A stretch of DNA of 64,000 nt from Eledone cirrhosa (GCA_964016885.1 OZ024746.1:87358001-87422000); one strand, 5' to 3'. Counted from the first letter of the stretch, positions 13,220 through 28,703 are shown. A program made the numbers and translations. The notes: generated by a model from the sequence alone, not told the origin.

Positions 13220-14283
13220 CAGTCATTATTTGCCTTGCCATCTGAACATTCTTAATGTGTGCTGTCGCGTGTTAACTATATTTCATGGGTGTATTTTCAT
13301 TAACAATAATTTAATAATTTAGAATAGGCAGATCTAAGGACAGGATAAAATTACTTACAAAACAGCATAAGGAACTAGTTGCAGCATAGAATACGATATT
13401 GCTGATGCACATAGCCTAAGATATTCTTAGAAGTGTCTTTCTTAACTGCATATCAGCAGTGGATTAATGGATGTATGATTAAAAAAAACCGCAGCGACAA
13501 ACAATCTAACATTGACACAGGCCCTGAGATTTGTGAGAATGTTAGTTATATGGACACACAATAATTTATTTTATCTTCTCCTGCAAAGTTATGTTGTGCC
13601 TAAATAAGGAGAACCATTTTGACCGACTCATTAACAATACTTGTAATTATCCACATAACAATAGCAGAATTCACTATTATACCACGATTGCATTTTGGTG
13701 TACACATTTGAGACAATTGAATTGACTAATTATATTAATTATATTAATACAATCTATCTTTAATAGAATATATCTAGTGAGGCTAAATGTTGACACCCAA
13801 GCATCTGAGAGATCGGGTTTTATGGACACGGCGACGTTCCCTCAATTATTTACAACTGCCTCAGACGCCTCGGCCAACTACGGAATCACCGGATATTAGT
13901 AATTCTTTCCTGAATCTATTCTTGAAATACTGGGGTACGTGTGTGTGTTGTATGTGTGTGTGTGATTGTGTTGTACGTGTGTGTGTATTGTACGAGTGTG
14001 TGTGTTGTGCATTTGTGTTATACGGGTTGTGTGAACGTTGTACGCATGTGTGCTGTATGTCTGTGTGTTGTACGTGTGTATGCGTGTGTTGTGCGTGTGT
14101 TTTGTGCGTGTTTCTGTGTGCGTGTTGTTTGCGTGCGTTTGTTGTACGTATGTATTGTATGTGTGCATGTCACATATTTCGACTATTGTTGTTATTCGCT
14201 AAAGTATGAACAAAACGTGTAAGTAAAACAATCGTATTCTGTTCAAAACTGCAGAACGTAGAAACGTTTTGTCTTTTAAATAA

Positions 14284-14420
14284 TTGTTTCTACTTTTTGG
14301 CAAAAGGTCAGCAATTAACCAGTGTATTACTGGTACTTTATTTTATCGACCCCGTAAGAATGAAAAGGCAAAGTTAACCTCAGCGGGATTTGAACTCAGA
14401 ATGGGAAAGGCCGTAACTCA
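14284..14420 (-). mobile_element. tRNA-derived SINE (Meta-type core), 5'-truncated
   Basis: Minus strand: B-box gagttcaaatccc, core ctttgccttttcattcttacggggtcgataaaataaagtaccag, tail ccttttgccaaaaagtagaaacaat. Confidence 0.8.
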
Positions 14421-15214
14421 ATGTTTTGTCTTTTAAATAATGTTTCTTATTACATTCAGACGACATTCTAAATGACTTTGACTCCAAAATCCAATTTAAC
14501 TATAATTTGTTATGGCAGTGTTACAGATTTAATACAAACCTTTAAAAAGCACATAGGCCTATAATTATGTTTCTTACAATGAATTATTATCTAACTGAAG
14601 CAAATGTATATCACCTGACCATAAATACTGCATCGCTTAATTGGTGTAAAAATGTTTTCTTGTTTTATATTTCTCTAAATTAATTTGTTCAGCATTTTAA
14701 TAATAAATTTTAAAAAGAGTTTCGTAATAAATAATACTGTATTTCTTCAGTTAAACTATTAAATTAAAATCGTAAGCACGTCTCTTTATTCCTTTTTATT
14801 TATGTTCATTGTTTTATTTTGAGTTTTCTAGTTTTGAATTGTGTTGGGTATTTTTTATTGACGTTTAAGAATCCAAAGCAATTTAGGGGAAAATAATGTT
14901 ATGACAAATGAAACAAAGAACTATTTTCGGAAAACGCATATAATTATTTCTACGATTGTTAAAATAAAATAAAAACATATTTTCGATTGGTTTATATATA
15001 TTTAATGATTACACTTACTTTAAATTGGAGATATATCACCATGGCAATTTCAAATTCATTTCATTGATTTTCTAAGATATATTTTATATGTGGGATATAT
15101 TTTCTGATTAGCACAAAAAGGCGGTACAAAATCAATAACAACGCTGTGGAACAATTAACCATAGAGTTCTAGTCTGTTAACTAAATGTAACAGAATTACG
15201 ATATATATATATAT

Positions 15215-16020
15215 ATGGAATAGTATGAAACGAAATTTCATTTCTCACTCTTAGTACGACACTTACTTAAATGTAAGTATGTATGTATACGTACATACAT
15301 ATATGTATACAGACGTACAGTAGCATGTATATATATATACAAACAGGCACACATATATATATGCACGTATCAGTTTACCGAACATTTATTATAATGCTCG
15401 GTTTGTTCGTTTGTAAACAAACAAACAGCCTAAGTTACGCCGTACAGTGTTTAGGCAACCAGGTCACCTTTTTGTTCAACACTGACACAGGAACGATGTA
15501 CTAGTTTCAAGCTTATTAGCTAACGTCAGCACCGTATACCTTTCTGCCAGATGGTTGAACGTCCGAAAGTATATACTTTCCTTATGAAAATTAACGGCTG
15601 AGCAGCCTGATTTGCATATCGAGTAAGTTCAGTCGGCCAGGCGCACCGAAAACGATAAATGGAATATAATGAAACGAAATTCCATTTCTCACTCTTAGTA
15701 CGGCACTTACTTAAATGTAAGTATGTATGTATACGTACATACATATGTGTATACATACGTACAGTAGCATGTATATATATATACATACAGGCACACATAT
15801 ATATATATATGCACGTATCAGTTTACCGAACATTTATTATAATGCTCGGTTTGTTCGTTTGTAAACAAACAAACAGCCTGAGTTACAAACGAACAAACCG
15901 AGCATTATAATAAATGTTCGGTAAACTACGTGCATATATATATATGTGTGCCTGTATGTATATATATATATACATGCTACTGTACGTCTGTATACATATA
16001 TGTATGTACGTATATATACA
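15215..16020 (-). mobile_element. Family D: ~444-bp non-coding tandem unit with hammerhead (non-LTR retrozyme-like), plus terminal fold-back
   Basis: atggaat..gaaacgaaatt..tctcactcttagtacg starts at 15215 and again at 15659; 15887-16020 is an inverted copy; homologs at 30.8-31.9 and 47.2-47.7 kb. Confidence 0.8.
15493..15535 (-). ncRNA. Minimal type I hammerhead motif (A9 mutated), family D
   Basis: Minus strand: ACGGTG-CTGACGt-T-AGC(taataa)GCT-T-GAAA-CTAG-TA-CATCGT; 6-bp stem I, palindromic stem III ACUAGU, GUA triplet. Confidence 0.75.
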
Positions 16021-16021
16021 T

Positions 16022-17847
16022 TCTATATATATATGTATATATATATAACATTAAGTATGTGTGTGTTTCTGTGTATTACTCATAGGGGCCTACATCTTAC
16101 GACCGATTTACATGAAACTTTACATGCTTATAGATTAGTCATCCGGGAGTGTTTTCTATATATCAGCGTATCGTTGTTTATATTCCGGGGTCATTAAATA
16201 TTCAAACATAAGTTAACCAAATACACAAAATCCTAGTTAAAACAAATTAAAGGGAAGTAAATCTTGATACCTAAGAAGTAGGACAGAAGGAATTATTTCC
16301 CGTTGAGAGTTTCTCTAATCGGTTAAAACAATTGCCACACAATGACAAATGGCTTCTTGGTCGTTAGACCAGCTAAAAATACATTGAACAAAATATTTTA
16401 AAAATCATCTTAAGAAACATCAACACCATTCTCTCATGAGACACTACTAATGAAAAAGAACGAATGTAGGAGAAATCGTCAATCCATATATACTTTCACC
16501 GTTAACTCAGCAGACGACATTACTTAATATCTACACTCCTACATCGATCTGTATGCTAATTCTCTCTCTCACTCTATTATATATATATAATCTTTCGCTC
16601 TATTTTATATATAACTGTATATATATAACATCATATACGATTTCACTCAACATTTCGCCATTTGCTACACCTTACAACCAATTTTCAAGAAACTCGCCAG
16701 CTCATGAATTTCCAACCAGGTTTTATTCCTACTTGGACTCCGTTCATCTCAGTTCACACTATTGACCTCTACTTCAACCGGGTGTCAAAGATAATTCTTT
16801 AACTTTTTAAGTCTGCGATAAATGGTTACTTTCTACAATACGGCTATACTGTTCTCTGCATTAATCTCTTTCATGGGTGCTATTGCAGATGTGCTTAAAC
16901 TACTCTTTAGATAATGGCTCCGAAGAAGATTAACAAAATTGGTCGGAAAACGGCGCGAGGCAGCAGTATGACAAATAGACGAGCGAGTGAGCCACTACAA
17001 AATGCCGAAATAAGACGAACTAGAAACGCAATGTCCACGGCCGCTGCACGCGCTGCTGAAACGGAGCATCGCTGCGTCCGCAGATAGACAAGAGACGATG
17101 TGTCGAAGGCCAGTGCTCAAGCTTCTGAAAATGAGGGTCGGCGCGTTCGCAGACAAAGAAGGAACGTAATGACGACGGCCATTGCACGGGCATCTGAAAA
17201 TTAAGTTCAGCGCGTTCGCAGACAAACAAGAAACGCAATGTCGACGGCCAGTGCACGATTTTCTGAAAATAAGGGTCAGCACGTTCCCAGACAAAGCCAC
17301 TGCACGGGCTACAGAGACATCATCCGAAAGGCGTGATCGGTTGCAGATTAATCTTCAAAGAAGCCTTTCCAGAAATGGTCTTTCAAGGTCTCCCAGTTCG
17401 TGATGGCTACTTAAGGCGTTTGAATATAGCCCTACCTTCAATAATGCCACCCATGCTGATGTGATCATTGGCGATATGTCCACCATTTGCACCTACTGCA
17501 ATGCCATGAAGTGGCCAGGAGAACCATCTGGCATGTGCTGCGCGAATGAAAGGTAAGCTTACCTTTCCTCCTTGATCTACCTGAGCCATTGAAGACGTAT
17601 CTGGCAGATGAAACAGTGGAGTCTAAGCACTTCCTTGAAAATATCCGGAAATACAACTGCGTCTTTCAGATGACATCGTTTGGAGCAAACATTGTTAAAA
17701 GACGGTTTCATGCCTACATTTAAAGTTCAGGGGAAACTGTGTGTGGCCATAGATGAGTCATCGAGAAGCAGTCGCTAAGATCAACACATTTTCATCAAAG
17801 CAGATATTATTTCACCTACCCAGGCAACGCTGGATACTGCTGTCAGT
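16022..17847 (+). mobile_element. Internally deleted Helitron
   Basis: 5' TC-tatatat start; 3' hairpin ccaggcaacgctgg followed by a degenerate CTAG-like end into TA; carries RepHel N-terminal coding remnant. Confidence 0.75.
16914..17737 (+). pseudogene. Helitron RepHel N-terminal region, frameshifted
   Basis: MAPKKINKIGRK..., 69-bp coding repeats, then IGDMSTICTYCNAMKWPGEPSGMCC/GKL..LPEPLKTYL...SKHFLENIRKYNCVFQMTSFGA...GFMPTFKVQG, the standard Helitron Zn-finger/FQMTSFG region. Confidence 0.85.
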
Positions 17848-20048
17848 ATATATATATATATATACATATATATATTAATAATAATATCCGATTCGTTTGC
17901 GATTATACAAACAGCCTCTTAAGCCATGTGAGTAGAATGACCCTGTCATTCTTTCTTTTGTGTGGGCATATAAACAATTGAGTTCGTTCTGGATAAAATT
18001 AACCTGGGTCTATTCTGGATAAAATTAGTCTTGGTACTTGTAGTTACGTAATAAATACGTAAAAATACGAGGAAGATATGTTTTCGTTCGTCGATGCACA
18101 GCCCGTAAGTCAAATACCCATTTCTGTATTACTTAAATTTGGCCAGAACATTCCATTAAATGGAGTATTCCGTGTCTGCATCTTTGAGTGACCATATTTG
18201 GCTTACGAGCTTCATAGACGATCGATCTTTCTATCAAATGAAATCATTTGATGTTCCTCGTAATAGGTCTTATCAGCTATAGAGACGGCTATAATATGGA
18301 TGGCGCCTGAAGCCGAGGACACTGAGAAGAGAAAGCTGATTACCGCATTTCATATATCCTTTCAGAGATGATTTTGCAATTGTGATAGAAATGAATTATT
18401 TAATAGGAGTAGGAATGCATTGGTGTGTGACTTCAATTATTTTGATTCCTTTTAAGTTGTATGTATGTGGCATTACCATATCCGATCTGGGAGCATTGTT
18501 CAATTGCAGATATCATCAATGATGTTTCAGAGATAGAATTTGATCCGAGCTGATGTAGTTTCGGGATCTGAAATGAAAAGCTGTTCTATGTGATTGGTTT
18601 TTGCACTGCAATATTTGTTATTCTAAAAACATTTTTTTCACTATTACATATACTAATATTATTAAATACCTCATCGTATATAGTTTAGATATTGCAATAA
18701 TTATTTTTCCTAAACAATTACCATAATTATTATTTTATTCCTCATATTATCAAAGCACTATCCATAATCCAGTTAAGCTTTTATCCATTTTATATCAGTT
18801 TAAAGAGCAGCTTTCGAATCCCTTTGTGATTTAAGTATATATGTATATATGGCTTATATCGTTTATAGTTGGCATTTTGACATTTTCGTTTGAGGATGCA
18901 AACCATTATTGGTTTTGCAATTATGAAATGCTTTTATGACATCAATGAATGGATGGTTTTAGATCGTAAATTTCAAAGATAACATGTATCTTAATTCAAC
19001 ATTACAAAATTATATAGTAACGCGCACAATACTATATCTATGAAGAAGGTTTCGTTATTGCCATTTAGAGTGCTAATAATAAGATTCAGAAATCTGTCAT
19101 ATTTAGTGTATATCAAAGGTGCCGTGATTCAATCTCTATTATTGGTGATTTTCTGGCCCTATATTTATAATCAAAATAGTAATACCTCATACAACTCTTA
19201 CCCAAATGATGCCATAACAATATACGGGACTGCTTAAGTTCGCTTAGTTTTAATCATTTATCCATATTTGGTATACCCATATCAATATGGCAGGCATGAC
19301 AAATAAATGGACACTGCAAATTCAAAGTAGTAACATAAGTATGTAATATGGTAAATATTTTCACATCTAGTTTTTAAGATAACGTTTTGTAAATTACAAT
19401 CTTGCGTCGAATATATTAAATACTCAGTTTTTATACATATAAACAACGCCATCTCATAACAAGTGTAGAATGGATGAAATCCAATTAATTGTAATAACAT
19501 TTTTGATTAACTGAAAGTGCATCAACGATATCGCCCATGATGCTATTTCCTGTAGTCGAATCTTTCGCCAAATAACACTTTCTTTAAACGAGGAGGATAG
19601 ACAGAAGAAATATATATCCCGAATTACATGCAAACAGATGAGTGTCACGGCTGGACCGCCTTTGTTTATAGGACTGCTTAAACATTACTCAACTGACCAG
19701 GGGCGAAAATTCAGAGCCGTTACTGTATTGATTGACATTTGTAAAGAAATCCTCGTCAACTTAAACCTTACATTTCGCATAATTTAAAGTTGAATGCTTT
19801 GGAAGGGCCTAAATAAAAGAAACACAATACAAATATATGTTCTTCATGGTGAAAATATGTGTAATTTACTTCTTTCGGAAACCTAGTTGACTAAAAGCTT
19901 AAAATACGAGAGCCAGCAGGCGGTTTATTGGCTTGCTATAAATCAGATGTTCTGAGCTTTTTCACCCCCCACCCCAACCCGCCCTCAAGGCTACGTAAAA
20001 CCCTCACCGTGCCAACCATAGTTCCAGACAGATCTGCCTACATGCAAA

Positions 20049-20220
20049 TCTATATATATATTTATAAAACAGAAGATGTATGTTTGCCTGTCTGTTTGTC
20101 GGTTTCTGTAACCGCATGCAATTCTACATTTTACAACCGATTTGCACCAAATTTCATACAAAGGTTTCATACATAGGTTTCATTCATATGTTTCTGAAGT
20201 CCTATTACGCGTCGTAAGCT
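20049..20220 (+). mobile_element. Helitron-type 5' terminal segment
   Basis: TCtatatata..aaaacagaagatgtatgtttgcctgtctg..ccgatttgcaccaaatttcatac; reverse complement present at about 22915-23040. Confidence 0.6.
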
Positions 20221-20907
20221 GTCATCTGAAACGCGGAATAGTAGCGGCGGATATTACGCAGAAACCTCGATGATTCGTCCGCCGTGTCTGTCAAAAGGAG
20301 TTGCAATATATCTGGAGGGTCGTGAATAGGAGGTAGTCTAACTTTACCGTTTGAACAGCAAATTCTATCTCTCTCCTCTGGCCACTTCTTCGTACGACAA
20401 AACTGGCAAGTAGAGGTTATTTCCTCAATTTGAATATCTGCATGCTCGGCGTACCATCTTCAACAACCATCGTGAATTGCAAGTTCTATAAATGCCAAGT
20501 AACGGTGATCGCCGCTGTTCACTTCAGAATTCGGCCACGAGGTTGGTCTATGGTTTCAGTATTTCGTGCAGCAGCAGTGGCAGCGGCATCCCTGCTTCGT
20601 CGAACGGCGCGTCGTACTTCATCTCCTCGTGCGCGAGCAGCGGATGTTGCAGTGGCGTCCCTGCTTCGTTGAATGGCAAGTCGTCCTTCATCCTCTCAAG
20701 CGCGAGCAGCAGCAGTCGCGTCAGCATCTTTGTTCCGTCGAAGTTCACCCCGACTGTCATCCTCCTCCGCTCTTGTAGTTGCCGTCTACACAGTATTCTA
20801 TGAGAGCCTCATCGTAGTCGCATTTACATCTTCGGTGAGACGCCTTCGCTTAGATCTACTTGCATCATTAGATAATCGACCAATGAATGTTCTTTCCTTG
20901 GTGGCAT
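20215..20907 (-). pseudogene. Second Helitron RepHel N-terminal fragment
   Basis: Minus strand: MPPRK../IGRLSNDASRSKRRR, 69-bp repeats, CQFCRTKKWPEERDRICCSNGKVRLPPIHDPPDILQLLL...RFLRNIRRYYSAFQMTA. Confidence 0.85.
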
Positions 20908-21499
20908 TGGTTTTAGAAAATTAACCAGGGAGAACGATAAATAGTGGACAAATAATGTTTAAGTAAGCAAATCTAAACATGGATATAAATTTTGAAAACA
21001 TGTGATAAATATATGTGGTCTAAGAAAGTGGGTATGTTTTGCAAGATTTTGTGTACCAGTCAAATTTCAGGTTTTAAGTCAGGGGAAACGCAGCGTACGG
21101 ACTACCTGTTATAAAGGAAATTAAATAATATGGCTACAGTGGTAGGTATATAAATGTCAGTATGTTTGTTCAGATCGAACATAACAATAAGTACTAACCA
21201 TTGAAAGGATACAGACGAAACTGGCCGAAAAACACAGCTTGATAAACTGGAACCTTATGACCATAAACACATTAACTAAACCTCCTTTAAGGTGATAAAT
21301 GTTGAAGAAGCATGCGTTTCAGAAACACGAGATAGCTTATAAGAGTACGCATGTATAAAACACTACCTCTTGTCAAACGCCAAAAAAGAAGTGTGATCCT
21401 AGGTCGGACTTGACCGATATAAATAGGAGTGATTTCGCTCAATGAACAACACTCAAGTTGTCTGATTGGTTAGATAATACAAATAAGTGTGAACACAAC

Positions 21500-23040
21500 T
21501 CACTGATTTGTGGTTGGTCAGAGGTCGCCATTTCGCAATTAATTGGGGTGCAATTAAACGAGGAAGACAACCGGGTGCTAAATCTAAACAATCATTTGCA
21601 CACTTTAGGCATGAGTGTGAAATAGCACAATCCTCATACAGTAAGCGTTAAAATTTGCACCTGGGTTAAATCGCGCTCTCATGGTTAGGAGGGTGAAATG
21701 ACGCCAAAATTCAAGGAAAACAATTTAACTCCCCATTCAGCATAAATCATGGTGCAATTCCGCGGGGGAGACAACAGGGTGCAAAATTAAATTTAATAAT
21801 CCTAAAGTTAACTAAACAAAGTAAAATTAAGCCTGGGGGGTTTAAAAATTCGCTACTCCATTTGTATTACGAGTAACTTATGCGTGAGCTTTCGTTGAAA
21901 TGTATTTTTATTTCCAGAAGTTGAAATGCTTTGCGGCGACGATAATATGAACTTTAAAAGTGATCCAAAGGGGCCCACTGCCCTGCCTAGGGGGTTCCCT
22001 TGCAAAATTAAACTGATAACAAACCTGTGGTGCTTTATCTTATGGCATACAATAACCATTTCGTTAAGTTTTGTAAGAATCAAGTATAAACTCCCGAGGT
22101 TATGGTGCTTATTTATAGAGGCAGTTTGAACTTTTATAGGTTAAGGAATTGAGTTAATTGTTCCCGAGGGGTCCTCTTGCTGAATTGAAATAAAGGTAAA
22201 TGTGCCTCACTGTATCTTTATCTGTAGTACATGAATAACAACTAAGTCGAAATTCATTTTATTGGACTACCAATTATTAAACTATGACGATTTGCTGCAT
22301 TACAATAGCCAGATTCAATAAATGACTAGCCGGGGCTTACTGTCCCCTGTGGGTCCCCTTCTTGTTCCAGGTATAAACAGTGTCTTCGACATCATCTTTA
22401 AGGCAGTGGGTAACAATGGATAACAAATGTGTCCAGTAAAGTTAAAATCGAACGTAAACCTCAAAGGTTATCAGGTACTAATACAGTGTTAATATGGACT
22501 TCAATAGATAAGTCGAAGGGGTCTACTAAGGGGTCGCCTTGATAAGTTCAAGTAAAATATTCTGTGTTCACCTTCCTTTATAAGGCTTGGGTAACCAATA
22601 CGTCTCGCTTCGTGTAAACCAAACGCCAACTCAAGCAGTTATGACGTTTTGTTGCATTGATGATATCAACTTCAACATTCATCAAGTCGGTTTACTGCGC
22701 CCCTTACCCCCTCTTCCCCTACCTGAATTTCTGTGCAAGTGCATGCCTGCAAATTTATTTGTAGGCCATAAGCAAACAACATATTAATGTTGGTGAAGAT
22801 AGGAGGCAAACTGCAAGAATTATGGGGCCTTTATGCAGTAGTACTGCTGCCTCAAATCGAGAGGCTTAAGGGCGTTACCTGCCCCCAGACCACAATCGAT
22901 GTACGGAAAAATAAGATAGCCTACGACGCGTAATAGGACTCTTCAGAAACCTATGTATGAATGTTGGTGCAAATCGGTTGTATAATGTAGAAATGCATGC
23001 GATTACACAGACAGACAGACGTGCATATGTTATATATATA
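21500..23040 (-). mobile_element. Probable non-autonomous Helitron-type element
   Basis: Right end is the reverse complement of the 20049-20220 terminus; interior has degenerate subrepeats (ggtgcaatt, gggcttactg.ccc); left boundary uncertain. Confidence 0.45.
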
Positions 23041-26000
23041 TATAGTTAAATAATAAAATATATACTATATATAAATAATAATTTTATGTCCCTATATATA
23101 TATATAATATGTATCAATTGATATTTAATATACTAATATATCATCTCTACCACAGCCTTAGGTCCCAGTGCCATCTTGAGCATCACAACGCCCCTCTGGG
23201 AGACAGGAGCGCTCTCGTTGAGAACCTCTGCATTAAACAATATATAAAAATTCATAAATAATACCATTATTTCTTTGAAAATAGACAATTAATTGCATAA
23301 TGTAAGACAAGATGCATTAAACATGAAATTAAAGTAAAATTAGTTGGGTAAGTTTGGAATATTTTTCCGTGAATATATCCATTTTTGCTGAATTGCTGCT
23401 AATCAACAGTATGAGAAACAAAAACCAAATTTAAAAAGGACTCCATGTCGGATTATCAGTAATGGAATTTGAATTAGGTTAGAGAACAATAAATCAAAAT
23501 ATGAAAGGCGAAATCATAATCCTGAAACACTGAATGCAGATTCTGTAACATATGTAGTACATATATTTTCCGCTTCTTGAAATGAATCTATCAATTTATA
23601 CAGTATTCCATTGCTAAACGAGTGTTTGTTTTCTCAGTGAAATCAACTGCCAAGCAAGGGAAAGTGAATATAAAGCTCCATTTCGTATGCAGTAAATATT
23701 TATGAAGTAAATATACGAATCAGATTGGCATGGTAGATATGTAAAAATTGCTGAAGTTTGAGCAGGATGAAAGAGGTTTCAAACATACCCATTTGATAAG
23801 TAAACACACCTAGACTTCTCTAATGTTTCCATCGTATTTTAAGTAGACAGGGGGTTCTGTTAGTTAATGCTTAGAAGTAGAAGGATTGCTTAAATTCTCC
23901 CTGTTCGTCCTCCAATAGTTCATGTAATTGTGTGATGAAATGTCACCTGGTATAATCTTGAATTTAATTACAGACATGTAGTTGCTCGCTGCTTAATTGT
24001 TGCTCATGGAAAGACCTAAATATTAAAATGAACAAATGTGTGTAGATTATATAATTGTCCCGACGATTACAAAAATAATAATGATGATTTGTGCAAATGA
24101 AGGTCTTCTGGAGGTCTAATTAAAATAATATGTTTAAGAGATGGAGATAGAGACGGAAAGAGAATTTGCGTGAGCATTATCGATTACATTTTAAAAATTA
24201 TAAGCTCTTTGTGATGTTTTATAATGATCATTTTTATATGTGTTATCAGATTAGAGAAATCGGAATAGGACATAGCTCATTCATTATAAAAACAATAATT
24301 TTGCATATGTAAGATTTAAAAAAATGTTTTGTTTAAAGACAAAACCACGGATATTCGTGGACAGGAAAAAGCAATTCAACATATGCATGCACGTATTTCT
24401 CAAATGTGTAATACATTTACAACATACCAATTTCAAAATTAATTCAGACGTGAAGACAACTATAAATCGATACAATTGTTAGTGGAAATCGCATTCAGGT
24501 TTATTGTAGGTTTGTTTATGAATGAGTTATAGAGGAATTAGACTCTGTACTACACATATATGCTGCCTAGTATTTAGAAGGAGAACGATCATAAAAACCA
24601 AACAATAATCCATAAGATTAATAATGTCAGTTGATCTGGTTCATCTACCCATATATTGTATGAAATATGGTTTGGAGAATCAAACAATGACAGTGAAATA
24701 TTTGAAGGCAAGACCCATGTGGGGGCGACCAACTATCTCATACATGATTTGTACGAAGTATAATAATTACTAACTTCACACATTTTGGCCAAGATCTAGT
24801 GTAAATAAGTTATTCATCCAGCAAAAATCGACACCTACCATATTTAATATTCTACGGGGAATACTATTTATTGAATTCATCAACAATTCATTGCAAAAAA
24901 TAAATAAAGAAATAATAGTGGAAATATATGGATCTAATATGAAGCAACATAAACAATAATACAAATATTAATACTGTAGTGAAAAATCAATAAAAGGAGA
25001 TTTTCATTAGCTCATTCTGTTATTTCGGAGTTTCCACGAAGTTTCCATTTAGAGACTTGATTTTTATCTTTATAATATTTTTCTTTATTTCTAACTTGTC
25101 ATCTATACATCATATTCAAAATTATTAATAATAAAAATATTGACCGAATATGCATAAGTTCATAGCGCATGATGTTATAGTCTAATGCCCCTTAAATATA
25201 TTTTATATATTACTAATCTTTCTTTTTCTTAAATTCTACTTTCTTCCTTTCTTTCTATCTTTCCCCTTTTCTTTTTTTCATATTACTTTTCTTTTATACT
25301 TGCTGAGTGTCAGAAATAGGAATATATAATTCAATGTGAGAACTCTATTGTTATTTTGATTATCAGTACTTTCTTACACGGATGACAATATGTGTCAGCT
25401 TTTCCATCGATTCACGCTCACTCGCACACTATATCGTTAGAGGTATTGTTTAATTCCCCTTCTTTCGCCGTAGTTATTTATAGCATTTAATAAACGATAA
25501 AAAACATTTAATCGTTTTCTCCATCAGTTGATCTCGAATTTTATTTTCTAGTTTTATTGCTTTTATTTTATATGAAATCAATGAATCTTAATTTGTTGTT
25601 GAGCTTGAATGATTAATACAACCCTCATATTTAATGTCGCCTTACTAATATGGCGAGGGGCTGGACAATGACGACGATGCATATATAAAATAGGAAATAT
25701 CGATGGTCATTGGGAAACACTATTAAATGTATTGTGATGGTCATTGTAACACTATTAAAGAATTTGAATTACGGCTATACATTTATAAGGCAGTTCCGTT
25801 TGTTAACATCACACCAGTGGTGCCTTGTAATGAACGGGAAAACTAACAGAAAATAGATTAAATATGTAATATATATATATATGTATGTGCGTTTGAGAAT
25901 ACAACGAGATGTACATAAATAAGGCCGTTTATTTAATCATATGCTCCGTTAGTTTATCTAAATATAGGCTGTACGATCTGCATTGAATGTAATTATTCGG

Positions 26001-26139
26001 ATTGTTGAAGGTGTACATGTAAACGTTAACTTTTATTTTAACAAAATAGTTCAGCAATGCTGGTATAGGCACTGCCTCCGTCTGTCTGTCTCACCCCATC
26101 GTTCACTATTATAAGTAAATGCAGGATAGCTCACTGGTT

Positions 26140-26372
26140 GTGCCGCGGCCCCGGTTCACAGAATAAAGAAGGCGTTTCCCCGGAGAGTGGTAGAGAGACG
26201 CGTTGGAAGCGCCATTCCAGCTCGCGAGGCTTACAGAGGCGGGTACCCAAACCTGTCAGAGAGCGACCGGTATTTGGAGTGTTTAACCACTACGTGCCAA
26301 AGCTCAGCAGAGCCTGGCTTAGTTGTAGACTTGACCTGGTACATGTCATACGGAATTTGGATGTCATTTGCG
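26140..26372 (-). mobile_element. CRE-like non-LTR retrotransposon 3' fragment
   Basis: Reverse complement matches 38.6-38.9 kb (ctccaa.taccggtcgctctc.gacagg; cctcgcgag..ttcca.cgc.tctc..ctccggggaaa.gc.ttct), with an internal deletion. Confidence 0.75.
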
Positions 26373-26801
26373 TAAGCTTTTGTAAATAATAGAAAATGAA
26401 TTTTGAAAATGCTATCTTTCTCTAGTTTTAAACAAGCTGATATAGGCATGCACCTTAATCACATGTGAAGAGGAGGAAAGTGGGCACGGGGAAGAAAGGA
26501 GACTTTTTTGGAGGTCTGCATAGAATACGAAAATAATAAACCGGGTGGTTAATTATTTGTCAATCTCATTTGTTAAACTTTCTGTGATCTCAGTTACTAT
26601 TGCAGGTCTCTCTTGTGGATATATCGTAGTTGTTTGCTATTTAAATCTCTATCCACAATTTGATAAGTACAGTTTCAGATTATCCTCTAAGGGTGATAGC
26701 AGCAATTATTTGATTGAAATTTGAATGTGTGCTAACAATGACTATTTACATAAACATTATCGAACCCTCTTTGAAGGCTCATAGATATGTGCACATATAT
26801 G

Positions 26802-27156
<355 letters not shown>

Positions 27157-27524
27157 ACGCCCTCAAAAAAGAGGACACTATATAATTTACAATACTAGAA
27201 GTCTGTGATTGCCTGCTAGCTTGTTTTTAATGTAATACAGTGAAAAGGGCGCATAATTGGAAAATACTTTGAAAGGAAGTTGACCATTAAATGGGAATAC
27301 AAATAGATTATAACAATGTTCGCATGAATCGGAATTTCATAGACTGAGAAAGAGAGAAAGAGTGACCTACGGAGAGTAGAAGGAGAATGGAAGAGAGCTG
27401 GTGGTGCTGTTGTATATATATATATATATATGAGTGTGTTTGTTTCTATTGCTAGTGTATATATAGATCACAGAGACACATACATATATATATATATATA
27501 TATACACACATACACGTATATATA

Positions 27525-27655
27525 TAGTAATAATAATAAATTTGAAGACTAAAATCCAAAGAGGGCTGGATAAGGATAAATATATATCAAATATATAAGA
27601 ACCGTAGAGCAAATATTTATTAAAATAACAGATTAAAAATTTTAGCAAATAATCT
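27525..27655 (-). mobile_element. Family B terminal repeat next to microsatellite
   Basis: tagtaataataataaatttgaagactaaaatccaaagaggg..aaataacagattaaa; related pieces at 6.1, 12.6 and 34.4-34.95 kb. Confidence 0.7.
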
Positions 27656-27710
27656 ATTGAGCGTAAATTTAATTAATAAATATACTTTATTGATAAGACC
27701 TATAGGTGTC

Positions 27711-28234
<524 letters not shown>

Positions 28235-28243
<9 letters not shown>

Positions 28244-28452
28244 GAGGTTTTTTTTACAAATTGAAAAATAACCGAGGTGTCCTACACGAGTGAAAGTATA
28301 AAGAAACAGATGTGAGAAAAACCACAGACCCTCCATCTCAACTCTACTTTCGAAAAGCAGAAGAACTGGGAAACCGGTAAAGGAACCAATTAAATATATA
28401 TATATGAACAAAAAATAAAACTACAGTTGCATTTTCGATTTCATCTCTTTTT

Positions 28453-28491
<39 letters not shown>

Positions 28492-28703
28492 CATACATAT
28501 ATATATACACACATATATATTTATATATATGTATATATATATACATACATATATATATATATGTGAGAAAAACCACAGACCCTCCATCTCAACTCACCTT
28601 TTGAAAAGCAGAAGAACTGCGAAACCGGTAAAGGAACCAAATAAATATATATATTTTTTTTAAAAACAAGTCTTCAGTTGCATTTTCGATTTCATCCCTT
28701 TTT

